64,000 bases of DNA from NCBI GenBank assembly GCA_905178155.1, contig CAJINV010000007.1, forward strand, positions 590,020-654,019, written 5' to 3'. The translations under genes were made by a program, and so were the position numbers. This document shows positions 1 to 12,400 of this stretch, one piece after another (the first letter of the stretch is position 1; each line of letters opens with the position of its first letter). The notes under the pieces are model-generated. The model was not told the DNA's origin. It did not search any database and saw only the letters and a list, made by a program, of their open reading frames with translations. Origin of the DNA: Amoebophrya sp. A120. Taxonomy: Eukaryota > Protista > Dinoflagellata.

Positions 1-1099
1 GCAAATATGTATGCAGAGTAATGTGATGAAGAATACAGAGTGCCTTAACAAAGAAAGGACATGGCTTCTTTTCATCTTAGGGGGCCCAAAGGAAAGGGAG
101 AAAGAGAAGCAACAGCGGAGGAAGAAGACTAAAGAAAAGAGGCGCCAGGTACGAATGGGTCTGCGACCTCCTTGCTATCGTGTTGCCGCACCATAGCGAG
201 GTAAGTGCCAGACTCAGGGAGCTACCTGCTGATCGGAGCAACAGACCAAGACTGAAGGGCTGGACGGGACAGGTATTGACGTGTGAGCGCTCTGTGCCTG
301 ACACGTCACACATAGCAACAGAGATCAAACGGGCGATACGATTCACACACCACGCCGATGTTGCTATCTGGAGGCAAATCGCAGTCGCATCGCACCCCCG
401 GGAGAAAAATTAAAGACACAGATGAGAAAAGGGAAAGGCACGCAACTAGGTGACGCGCACTTTTGTACATCTATTTCTCATCGAGTCCAGCAGAATGAGC
501 CAAGGACACCGCCACCAATCCGTCAGCGGCCGCCCCAGGGTGGTAGGTGTCGACCAGACCGACGGCGATATATTCTGCTGGGTGTGGGATATAGATTGCC
601 AAAAGAGGAGGGAAGTATGTCAAAATATGCATGAATTGAGTGTGACTCCCGGTAGGGAAGAGCACTAGTGAGCTTGAATTACCTCTAACTATTTAAAACT
701 ACAGTTTGGCATGCAGAGGTAAGGCAAGCTTGCGCCACCGATCTGTGGGAGGCCTAGATAATTATTGAAACTGGAAGTGAAGTTGTCATGCATGACTTTG
801 TATTGACTTGTATGAAAAGCCTATGCACTGTGTAGAGCTAAGATTTGTATGAAAAATGAAATTTGTATGAACACTTCCAAGTGCGATAATTTCTGGTAAC
901 ATTCTAGCGGCAAGAATAGTACCAGTCTGGGCCTCCGCAGGGAGGTAGGAAGACATACTCGAGGCAGGGCGCTAGCCTCTTTGCGCGCTAGGGCCCGAGG
1001 CCCCTTTTCCTTTTCTCCTTATTTTTTTTTTGCATGCGGGTAGCCGTGTATAGAGGCGCATCCCCTCCCGCAGGCAAAAAAAAAAAAAAAGTTTCCCAT

Positions 1100-1135
1100 C
1101 TTGACTATGGGGTGGGGACGTTTTCCCTCAGGATA
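1100..1135. mobile_element. Orphan right end of a family J introner; left end outside the window or displaced by an insertion
   Basis: ttgactatggggtggggacgttttccctcaggata resembles the right ends at ~10535-10565 and 46180-46209, ends in TA and is followed by an open frame. Confidence 0.6.
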
Positions 1136-1354
1136 ACCGGTCTTCATGGAGCAACAACATCAAAAGCGCTGGCTTTTTCGTCCACCCCGGAACAACCTTT
1201 CGACGCAGCATCGGTGGAGATGTGGAAAAATAGTGGGTTTTGTCCACTCGCGGCGGTAGAGATGTGCACTGATTGGGGGGTGATGCCGCGGGTGTTTCTG
1301 TCGTTTTGCGAAACCGCCGTCGTGAAAGGATTGGTGGGGAGGGTACAGAATTGA
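1136..1354 (+). CDS. Probable last exon of an upstream gene, unknown product
   Basis: Longest open frame after the introner end (TGLHGATTSK...GRVQN*). Confidence 0.35.
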   Translation, partial: TGLHGATTSKALAFSSTPEQPFDAASVEMWKNSGFCPLAAVEMCTDWGVMPRVFLSFCETAVVKGLVGRVQN

Positions 1355-1847
1355 GGAGGAAAGGATGTTGTTCTACAACTACTTGCGAGGAGGAAAGTAC
1401 TATTCATACTTTTACACAGTACTAACTGTTGATACACGTACATACATCAGAACTACACCGGGACCACCTCGAGCCGAAGTGCAGAATATACGACATTTTC
1501 TCTGGAAATGAACTCGTCCGGTCCCTACTACATTCAGTCCCCGTGATGTCTTCGCCCCCAAAAAACAGTGAAGATCTGTCAGACTGTGCTGGAAGCATTT
1601 TCTCAATCTGCTGTGGCCGTTGGCGGATCGGTCGCCTGTGTTGACGTGTCATGATTCTTCCTGTAACCGTCACAAACCGCTGGTTCATCTACGATAGACC
1701 AGACTCGGGGCCCTTCCACGGTATTAAGTATCATCGGATGAAGATCCTTTTGGTGCCGGTCCCAATGTGCTAGTAACACACCGACCAGGCTGTATCTGTA
1801 TCACGACCTTCCACGAAAATGAAGTAAGTAAAAAAACTTTTGTCAAG

Positions 1848-4800
1848 ATGGTTTCTGTAGTTTCTCTCCCCATGCTCCTCTCGTTTCAGTTTCTCTTACT
1901 CAATTTCGTGGTCGAGACTGCGCAGCGCGCCACCGCGTATCCCGGGTTGACTAACGTTCGGGGCGGCGGCAAGAACGGTCGAACAAATGCGGGGACGAGG
2001 AACAGTGGTGCGTATGGAACATCAACTCGTGGAGGTCAACCCATCTCTGGACAAGAGGTAGAGCCCGCAGATGCAGAGCCTGCTGGCGCGGCGCGTGGAA
2101 CAGCATTTGCAGCAAATTCTGTGCCCCCGCCTGCAGCTCGTCCTGACGACTCGCACACCACGACGGACCCAACGCGGGAGCCAGACGTCGAGCCTTCTTT
2201 TGAAAACCCTTCTTACAAAGCCCCGACCGCGATTGTTTTCGCGGGCGTTTCCGGTGCGGAGGAGACAATTGAAGCGAACTTGCAGAATCTAATTCTTCCC
2301 TACCAACCCGCGCACGTCTTCATCTGTGGGGCAGACAAGATAAGTCCGCAATACAGGAGTTATTCTTCTCCCTCCACCGGCATGACATCAAATGACCATG
2401 AGTATCTTTACCGAAAGTGGAAGCCGTTTCTGAAAGGCGTGAATTGGAGCCCACACCCGCGGAACAACCCGCTGCAGTACACGATAGAGACGAAGGAGGA
2501 AATTCTCGCCGCGTTGAAAATCACGGAGGAAGAATACGAAGAGTACGGCGGGCGGTATTTTCAACAGCAAATCTTCAACCACACGTCCACTTCACCGTAT
2601 TGCCTAGTCCACCCTCTGAACCAAGTTTTGGACTTGATTAGGTGCTGGAAATTGGTGGAGCTGGCGGAATATGAAATGCAAAAGTATCGTACTCGCATAA
2701 ATGCGTTACAAATTTCCTCAGCATTATGAGAAATAAAATTTGTGATGCGGATTTACCTTAAGAAAATGCATGACTCATGACTGCCATTACGATAATTTTG
2801 CAGTTCATACGGAAATTGAGCAGGACATGAAGTACAAAAGAGTGGTGTTCACCCGGTTCGACAACATCTTCTTGCAGAAAGCAGACACGGAGATTCTGAA
2901 AGGGCATTTGGAGGACGAAGGAGGAGGAAAAGCTGAACCAAGCACCGGCTTATCATCATCACATCATCGGATGAGAAAGAACGACTATTATTTCCCAGGT
3001 TCCCGTCCAGCGACAGAGTCTGTGCTGGACATGCACCAGACGACCAGACTTGCTCCAGGAAGCAGTAGTTTCTCGACTTCGACGCATGGTGAGCAACCGG
3101 TTGGAGCAGTACAACAAACAGCACCCCTCGACGTCCCTGGGCAGGGACAACCGCAGTCCACCACCGCGTTTGCACCACCAGTCATAGAAAAAAACATCTG
3201 CTTCGTGCCCTGTCCGGGCCGCGACTGGGGCCACGGCATTTGTGACCACCACGCCATTTGCGACCGCATTGGGGCGGATCATTATGCCGGCGCCCGGATG
3301 TTTTTGCTTACGCGTGGGCTGAATGAAATCTGGCTGCAGAAGAAATTGTTCGATAGTTTCATTCCCGAAGTGGTGCTGAAAATCGCCTTGGATTTCACCG
3401 GAACGGTGATCAAACGATACCGCCACTCCCATGTCCGGACCTGCAACAAGCACCAGTACGAGACGGGGTTGCTGTATCCTGCGAAAAAAGTGTTACAGTT
3501 ACACACTCTGATGGAAGACAAGCAAGACAGACAAGAATGCAGGAATTTCTTGCCAGCCTCTTTGCATTCGCGTTTTCGTCCCTTATGGTCTGCGCATCAC
3601 AGGTTTTCTTTGCTATGTCGAGCAACTTTGTGATGCAAAAATTCCAAAAAATGTGTAATTGTAACACTTTTTTCCTGGGATATGCTGTACGGAAGACGCA
3701 AGCACTGCTACTACAACAAGGCACTCGGTCTGTACCACAAGGCTGGGGTTCACTTCCCGGATAACTTCTCCGCCTTATTTCGACAAGAAGCGTGGAAAAA
3801 ATTGCGGGAGGTTAGAGCAGCAGATGCAGTAGTGGCTGCAGCGACACTTCGACCAGGAGCTCCAGATCATGAGTACAACAATCCTGTGGCCGCCCGACAT
3901 GACGTAAAGAACAGGAAAATCAAGCTGCAGGTGCGGACCGGGAAGGGATCCAGATTGCATGAGACGATCTTGGAAGATGAAGATTTGTTTCGGTACAGTG
4001 ATAACAACGATCAGCTGGCGTTTGAAGGGCTCAAGTTTGAATTGTTGAAGAACGGAGCTGTAGCTGCTGCGCATGAGAACAAACAGTCTGCGCCGGTCGC
4101 AACTACGCATGCGTATGAAGAGCGCAGCTTGAACAAGGTTTTGAAAGAGGTTCTGTTGCAGGGCTCGGGTACGGAGGGTATAAGATCTGTTGTGGAAAGC
4201 CGCAACACAAATTCTCTCTACCAGTACTTCACCGACAACTACAAGTGGTTTTTCAATCCTTTCTATCAGATGCAAATATGTCTGGTAATTCTGGAAAGAA
4301 CTTGGGATGCAAGTCTGACAGTGGTGGGCGCACGACTGCTACACGCAGCCAAGCACGACAATTTTTTGAGCTGCTACGTGTTGCGCAACCCGCATGGCAA
4401 ACTGCGGCTCTGCGCCACAGCCAAGGGCCAGGCCTTTTACGTGTCTATGCATCACAGAGTTCACGCCCGTAATGCCAGAGTGATATTTGCAAAAATGCAT
4501 ACTTTCGCCGTGCACTTCCACAACCCGGCCATGCAGACGATTGTCGGCTTCTTCCGCCACTTTCTGCAGAACGTGGACCCTGGGTACTTCGAGAAATGGC
4601 AGGCCTGGGTGGAGAGAGGACAAGGGGCTTCAGAGGACGGAGAACCAAGTATTGAAAACGAGCAAGAAACTATCGTACGAAAAAAATGTTTCACTGTAAG
4701 GATTTTGCAAGTTTTGCATCACAAGTTTGTTCTACACCAGAGAGAAAATTTGCCATGCGAGATTCCTAAGGGAAAACACAGCTAAAAATCCACTGTCTTG

Positions 4801-7800
4801 CATGTGTACCAAGACAAACACCTCTCAGATACATTTTCTGCATTACAAGTTTACAGTGAAACAGTTTTTTCTTGCGATAGAAACAGACGAAGTCGAGTTG
4901 ATGATCCGAGACAAAAAATTCCAATTGCTAGCCGAGGAACTGGAGCAGCAACTGCTTGCGATGACAACATCAAATGGTAACCACACCGGAGGTTCCGAAT
5001 CTTCCGAGCTGCAAGAAGATCATAGCCAGAGTGTTGCTGATGTTCCTTCTCGACTAGCCCCCGCCCCGCTTCGCTACGACAACCCTCTTGAGATTGAAAA
5101 AGTCTACCACTCAATTCTCCTCCGCTCCCCGTTACTTCGGAAAGCGATGCAGCTATTGAGAGGAAAAATCCCCCCTCCCCATATCGAAAAGGTATGCTTC
5201 CGAAAATTTGCGTTGCTGATTTGAGGTCACAAATCACATTTGTCTTGCAAGAAGACAATGGCAGAAGCTTCCGCCCCATTCTGGAAGCGATTTGTCATGC
5301 TGTTGGGCCTAAAGGGGAGCCGTTTGCAATGCTGAGCACCTAGACCCATACGCCCCTACCTAGCCTGGGGATCTGGCCGCAGTGCCCTCCTGCAATACAA
5401 AGCTGATTCGTGTACGCAAATCCAGCATCACAAACTTCGTTTTGATATGGGGTGGGGGGATTTTTCCTTTTGATAGCAGCAGGAGAAATCACTGTTGGAG
5501 GATTTGAACCGCAACCGAGATTACTTCTTTCGACTATTCCATTCGCTGTTCAGCTCGAGTGTCGTGAAACCGGGGTTGAGCAATGAGGGCGAGAAGTTGT
5601 TGCTGAAAAACCCACTTTTGCAATACTCCTTCAACTACGTAAAGGTGAATGTTAAGCAAGCTGGGAAGACGCAGAGCGAAAGAACCGGTGGCGGTAGTCG
5701 CGAAGATCATGCTCGACGTGGTCCTGTGACCGGCTACGCAACCGGCGAGGTCGACGGGATCTTTTCCGCGCCGGATGCTACAGTGAAGGTCTCACGAGAT
5801 GAATCATCACCTACGGGGGGTGGGATCAGAGAAGAGGACGACCAAAGGAGCCGCGGCGAGCATGAGGACCAACAAGCCGGTGAGGCAAGACCAGAACAAG
5901 ATGAGAAGCCGCCGGAGCTGCAGTTCACGGAGGAAGAACTATTCGACCGGACGTGCTGGCTTCCCTGCCCGACCATCGACTGGGAATTCCTTTGCCACGC
6001 GTTTGGAATTTGCGACAACGACGATAGTGGAGTCGCTGCTTCTGCTTCTGGGGAAGACGTTGAAGATAGCAGCAACCATTCGTCTCAGCAGTCTTCCCAT
6101 AAAAATCAAGATAAACCTCCGCAAGAAGGACCACCACAACTCCCCCCCTCCCCCCTCCTTCGGACGGAGCTGCAAAAGGAATTGATCCAGGCCTACAACA
6201 GCTGGGTCATTCCGGATCACGGGATATCAAATGCAAAAGTGTCTGGGTCTGGAAGGTTGGAACTTGTGATGCTGTCTCTGGATTCAAAAAAAATTTGTAT
6301 TGCATGACCAGCAAGAGGACTCCATTTTGTGCTACGCGGAGAGGGCTTTTCTCATGCGGTAGAAATATCACAAAGCCCTCTAAAAATCTGTGATGCTACG
6401 GCATGCATCACAGACATCATGGCTCATGGAAAATATGCATGACAAATCTCGAAATCTTCCAGACCCAGACATTTTTGCACTTGATACGGGACGAGATCCG
6501 TCGATTTCGAAGTGCACGGACGAGGCTACGGAGAGAGATACGACGCCTTTGCGGACAATTGGATTGCGCAGGAGAGGGACAGGATTGATATGCTGGAGAA
6601 ACCTACTGCATCATCACCTGGACTTACGGATGGTAGCTCGTTTGATTCATCTTCTGCACTACAAGACTCGTCTGCAGCTGCTGCCAGTGACCGCGAAAAT
6701 GATGCAAAAGCTCCCGACAATGCAGAGTCTGCACTAGCGGTTCTTGCCCCCGCGCACCAAGCATCGGCCACTGCTACGACCTACAATTCCGCAAGAAGTA
6801 CTAAATCTGTCGGCAAAGATATGCAAGAAAAAAACTGTGTAAGTGTAAATCTGTGATGCAGAACACGCAGCAGAGTTACACCTGTCATGCCAGACAGCCA
6901 TGCAGTCTTCTTTTCATGTGTGTTTTCCCTTACAAACCACGCATGACAGGTTTTCTCTGTCATGTAGAGCAAATTTGTAATGCTGTCAGCCAAAGATAGT
7001 TACACTAACACAGTTTTTTTTTTGGATAAAAGAAGAGTACGCTTCGCAAGACCGGGTGCGGAATTTAGAAAAAGCGAGATTGGAGAAAGAACAGTTGCTG
7101 AAAACACGCCAGGACAATGTAGGTAGCAGTACAACTAATGATCCGCAGGAAGGCAAAAAACCAGCAAAACTGGTGACCAAATTCACGATCGAGGAGCTCA
7201 TGAAACTTTGGGAGGGGGAGGGCGAGATGTTCTACGGTGGAAGTGCAACTTCTAAGGACGGGAAAAAAAGCAAAAAGGACAACAACAACAGCATACCCGA
7301 CGTTTTTCTCCGCGAGCACAAGAGCTACGAAATTCAAGAACTAGAGGCGAAAAAACGGGCTTTTCGGATCATGCTTTCAGTATATTGCAAGGAAAAATCC
7401 CCCCTCTCCATATCATAACGAAATTTCTGATGCTGGATTTGTGTACACAAATCAGCTTTGTATTGCAGGAAGGCACTGCGGCCAGATCCCCAGGCTAGGT
7501 AGGGGCGTATGGGTCTAGTTGTTCAGCATGGCAAACGGCTCCCCTTTAAGTCCACCAGCATGACAAACCGCTTCCCTAATGGGGCGGAAGCTTCTGCCCT
7601 TGTCGTCTTGCAAGACGCGCGCGATTTGTGACCTCAAATCAGCAAAGCAAATTTTCGGAAGCATAGGTTTTCAATATGGGGAGGGGGGATTTTTCCTTTC
7701 GATACAGTGGGCGAAGTGACAAGGGAAAACAACCAAGAGCCGAACGATCCGCTAGAACAGGTGGAAGCTTCTCAATCTTCTGCAGGCACAAAAAGCACAC

Positions 7801-8747
7801 GTCCAAAGTACGATATCACGAGAAAAAAGTGTATACAGTTACACATTTGTTGGAGTTTCTGCATCACATATTTTCTCTGTGTGGCAGAGAAAACTTGTAA
7901 TGCGAAGATCATAAGGGAAAACAGGAAGGAAACAAAGCTCCGAAGCATTTCCTGCATGAGAAAGGTTGTCTCTGTTGCCAGTCTTGCATGACAATGTGTA
8001 ACTGTAACACTTTTTTCTTGGATATACGAGCGCGCCGAGCAGGTCGCGTGTCAACAGGACCTGGGGAAGCTGTATCTCAAGTACAACTGGGCAATCGACG
8101 AGTATTACCCCGACGCGAAGAATCACTTCTACAAGGTTCCGATGCAAACGATCTACTCGGAGACGCAGCCGGTGACGTGCGTGCACCCAAGTCTCCCGGA
8201 TCTGAAAAACCTCATCGTGCAAAACTCCCCCTGCCGGGCGTATACTTGGAAGAAATCTTGGAAAAAACCGCTCAACCGGGCGTACTTCAAAAAGCAGAGC
8301 TGCAAGTTCGGGAGAGAATTGAAGCTGTTGATGCCGAAAGCAGCTGAAGTGCTGACGAGAAAGAACAACTGGGCGAGAGGGAAAGTGGAAGAAGAAATTC
8401 AGTACAACGATGATGGGGACCACGTCAAAGTAGACCCCACCACGACCACAACCGCCTCTAAAATGTTGAACGCTGGTGTTAGCTACGTGAACGTCAGCCA
8501 GGAACTGCCCTTTCTCAACTTCGAAAACGAACCGACGATCGAGAAATACTGGAAGTCAAGACCAAGAAATTCCCTCGTCCCTCCACACTCACACATTCCC
8601 AGAAATCTAACGACCACGACGGTGTTCGAGTTTCTGAAGTCCACGCTGCTCCCCATCGTCTTTTCCCAAGACGGGAACACGGTGTTTCTCCCCAGACTAG
8701 AGCCGGCGCAGTTAGATACGACGATACCCGGACATCAGGCGTCGTGA
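1848..8747 (+). CDS. Gene 1: ~1658-aa secreted or membrane-anchored protein with a glycosyltransferase-like N-terminal region; join(1848..2669,2815..3474,3688..4670,4885..5153,5481..6224,6492..6819,7034..7382,7710..7813,8030..8747)
   Basis: Removing 8 introners plus one DR each joins the ORF fragments in frame (4977 nt). Hydrophobic N-terminus. Motifs AIVFAG, HVFIC, YKRVVFTRFD and GICDHHAI recall uncharacterised GT-like proteins; function is tentative. Confidence 0.75.
2670..2809. mobile_element. Introner family B
   Basis: TIR tatgaaatgcaaaagtatcgta / tacgataattttgcagttcata; DR cggaa; restores LAEIEQ. Confidence 0.9.
3475..3682. mobile_element. Introner family C
   Basis: TIR core aaaaaagtgttacagttacac; DR tgctg; restores GLLYGR. 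Confidence 0.9.
4671..4879. mobile_element. Introner, C/E-related
   Basis: TIR tatcgtacgaaaaaaatgtttcactgtaa / ttacagtgaaacagttttttcttgcgata; DR gaaac. Confidence 0.9.
5154..5475. mobile_element. Introner family D
   Basis: TIR core ggaaaaatcccccctccccatatc; DR gcagc. Confidence 0.9.
6225..6486. mobile_element. Introner family A
   Basis: TIR tatcaaatgcaaaagtgtctgggtctggaag; DR cggga. Confidence 0.92.
6820..7028. mobile_element. Introner family E
   Basis: TIR tatgcaagaaaaaaactgtgtaagtgtaa; DR aaaga. Confidence 0.9.
7383..7704. mobile_element. Introner family D, opposite orientation to 5154
   Basis: Interior is the reverse complement of 5154-5475; DR cagta/cagtg. Confidence 0.9.
7814..8024. 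mobile_element. Introner family C, opposite orientation to 3475
   Basis: Family C TIR; DR tacga. Confidence 0.9.
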
Positions 8748-9493
8748 GGAAAGGGGTGGTCAGGGATGATTTTACTGAACTGCGCGGCATGTTGAAATTG
8801 AGAAATGTAATTTTCGCGCAGGAGGACCTTGATATCACGTCTGGATCGTGCAGCACAGGACTACATGTTGCCATATGGCTTTCACATCTAATGATCGTCG
8901 GACGCGTTTCATGCCTGCGCATGATGACTGCGTGTGTGTATGCAACAACCTTGAGCTCCGCCTTTTCGGCTGCAGTGGAGTTCGCACAATTAGCGATATT
9001 GATAAATCTGATGCGCTTCTGTAGGACAATTGGAAGCGTCACTCCGCTCCTGTCCCTCCTCCTCCTGTGGAGCCGTGTTTCTGTTCGGTGTTAAGCTGCA
9101 CACTTTTTCTTTTTGTGAAATTGATTTTGGAAGATCCTTTTGACCTGCCTGTCAACTCTGAAGAGATGTGGTTTTCTTCTTGAAACTTTCTCTCCTGGTC
9201 CTTTCGGTGCGCAGCGCTGGGTCCTGTTTTGCTACGGAAAAGGAGCTCAGATCGTGATCTACTACTGGAATATTTGTAAAAAAAATTTGTCGTTATTTTT
9301 CGTTTTCTAAGTACATGATTTAACAATATCTGGGGCATTTTCATTAGGCACCACTTCATTCCTGGCATTTATTGTCCCTCTTTTGGCCTCCGAATTGGAT
9401 CGGAATCGGACATCTTCAGTCGTGAAAGACTTTAAAAAATTCGATGTGAAACTCTTGGCTTCTTCGATAAAAAAGACCAAAGACACGACGACC

Positions 9494-12400
9494 ATGTCGG
9501 ACATCACTACCGTTCGTCTGTTGGCCCCCTACCCTGCCAAAGGGGATCAACATTTCATCCACGCGGCCGGGGGTTCCTGTACTACAGGAACTACTACAGC
9601 TACTACCCCACAACCACCTGCGGGAGATGAAAACAGAAAGTTCAACAAGGACCACGTGGAAGTTCTGACTTCCTACTCCTTAACCGGCGCTGTGGTCCTC
9701 GACGGTACAAAATCGACTTCCCTCACCGGTTTATCCTCGAGTGCCAACGTCGTTTCTCTGCTGCGGGAGCGTTTAATCGCCGAAAACGCGGTGCCCTTGC
9801 TCGGGAACGAAGAGATTACAGTGAAGAACAACGGTATGGAGAGAAACAAGTTTGTCACAGTCACTAACTTGCAGGTTTTGCAGTACAAATTTTTTCAGCA
9901 TCACAAACTTTCCTTGTGTTGCAGAAACACTAGGGAAATCCCTAATGAAGTTTGGCTGTGATGCATTTTTACGCATGACAAACAATTTTGTATTGCAAGA
10001 ATGCGCATGAGTGATCGTGACGAACTTTTTTTCTTTGATAAACGGATTGGAGGTGGACGTGAAATTGCTGTTACCGGAGGAGTTTTTTCGCGACGATAGT
10101 GCCAAGAAGCTAGGAGGTGAGAAACCTTGTCTTTCGACGTCCCAAGATGAAGATGAAGCCGCGACGACTGGGAATAATACCATCGAAGAGCACGAACCCG
10201 AGATTGAAAAAACCTTGCTCCACAAGTGGCTGGCCTGGCTGGTGCAGAAGGCGGTGGATGAAGATAGTGCGGACAATATCCTGTGTAAAAATGTCCCCAT
10301 GATCCCAGAGTTGTCATGCAGATTTGCGATTACAGGAACATTTGTAATGCGCATCGCCATGAGAGGCATTTCCAATCGTGTTTTTGAATCTGTAATGCTG
10401 TAAACACGGTGAGATAGTGGCTTTCTCATGCGGCTTCCCTTGCTAAGCAGACCTACACTTCTGCAGATGGAAACTTGTCATGCACAACTCCCAAACCTTG
10501 GAGATTTGTGTTGCAGATTTACCAATTTGAGTTTGACTACGGGGTGGGGGCATTTTTCCTCTCAAGAGAGAAAGTGGGAAAATGGACGGATCTGGCGGAA
10601 GTGGAGCTTTTATTTTGCTACCAGTATGGCTGCTCCTTTGACAAAACGAACAAAATCGTGGACAATTTGTCCTTGCTACAGCTACTAAAACTCTTCCCGA
10701 AGTGGTTTCAGATCAGCGAGACAGGACAGGAATTGCGGTTACTGGAAAAACCGGCGGTATTCGTTTAATGGAGTTTTTTCTAATGGTGATCGTTTATTCC
10801 ATGCGCATGTATAAATGCACCTTCCAGCATGCTAGTTTCTAGCACGATCGCAAATTATCCAAATTCTAATTGACGACTCGATTTTCAGGTCGCTCCCACG
10901 GTTCTTTCTACCGCCGCGGAACCCGAGCCGGAACTTGTTTCACCGCATGACAAACCGTCGTCACTCAAGGTCGATTTGGACCAAACTTTGGGCGACAATT
11001 CCTCCGTGCCCGACCTGTCTTCCTCCGTCAGCAGCAACAAGTTCCGCCCGCCGCCCGGTTTGGAAGCCTTGAGTGCAACATCCAGTTTGCCGAAGATCAT
11101 TAACTTGGAGAACGAGAAAACTATTCTTACTGGTTCCAACGATGATGATACAACGAATTTTGTCGCTACAACTCCCCGCGCAGCTGGTCTCCGCCCGACC
11201 TCGCTTTCCCAGGGAACTTCGGGGTTCTTCGGCACTCCGCCGCCGCTATCACGCAGAAAAAAGCAGGCAGGTCACATTTGTAATGCAAAAAATCTGTATT
11301 GCATATCCCAAACAGCATGCTATGTGGCCTCCCATGACAGATTTTTCTGTGTTTTCTTATTTTTGCATTACAAATCTGACCTGCCTGCTTTTTTCTGTGG
11401 GATAGCCGCCCCCTCCGCTGCCGGAGGACGGATTTTCTTCGGATGAGGAGGAGTATCAAATGTAAAAATGTCTGGGTCTGGAAGATTGCCGGGTTTGTCA
11501 TGCACATTTTGCATGACTCCTCAAGTCTGTGATGCATGCCCTAGCATCACAGATTTTTAGAGGGCTTCCTGATGCCTATTCCGCATGACAAATGCTCTTT
11601 CCGTGCTGCAAAATTCGGACTCTCTTTGCTGCTCATGCAATACAGATTTTTTTAGAATCCAAAATCAGCATGACAAGTTGGATTCTTCCAGACCCAGACA
11701 TTTTTACATTTGATAACGAGGAGGAGTTGTCTGCTTCTAAGGGAACGGCATCGAATCTGAATCTGTCGAATAAGCAGACATCCCTCAATGCCGCAGCGGA
11801 ACCCTTTACCATGCCACAAGCGCCACATGCTCAGGCGGGACGTGCAGCGATGTCGATGAAAGAAACCGCATCGCAGGTGGCAGCAGGGTTGAGTTCTTTA
11901 CCGGATTTCCACCACCAGCACCACGTGCACCAATACAACAATCATTTTCCCGGCAGTTCCTTCGCCTGTAACATTGGCACCATGCCCGGATCCTCCTTGC
12001 TGCACTATCCGCAAACGCCCGGGCCGCCGCCCCTAGCGGGACCCCTGCCCCAATTGCCCTACTACCTCAACGCCGGTGCTGGTGCAGCTAACGCGACCAC
12101 CTCCGGAGGAGATCAACAGTCCGCGGCACGAAAGCAAGAGCTACAGATGAAACCTGGTGTAGTCGTGCAGCAGCCAACATCTACCAGTACTACTTCTACC
12201 ACTCACGTGCTCGTCGCCACCGATCCTTCGTTCACCGGGATGGCTTCGACCTCCGCGGCGGCTGCTGGGAATTACTCTCCGTCGCATTTACAGTACCATG
12301 GTCACGTGCATCCGGCGCCGCAAATGCAGCTCTTCGGCGGTTCCATTTTCACGTATAATAACTGCAACCAGGGTTCTTCTGTGGTGAGCAATCCGAATGT

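Noticed and set aside
2670-2809. Tc1/mariner MITE with a TA target duplication
   Set aside because: Leaving one TA breaks the frame; the true duplication is the outer 5 bp and the TA belongs to the element
8744-9094. Extra exon or introner starting tatcacgtc at ~8833
   Set aside because: No matching TIR or 5-bp DR; gene 1 already has an in-frame stop at 8747
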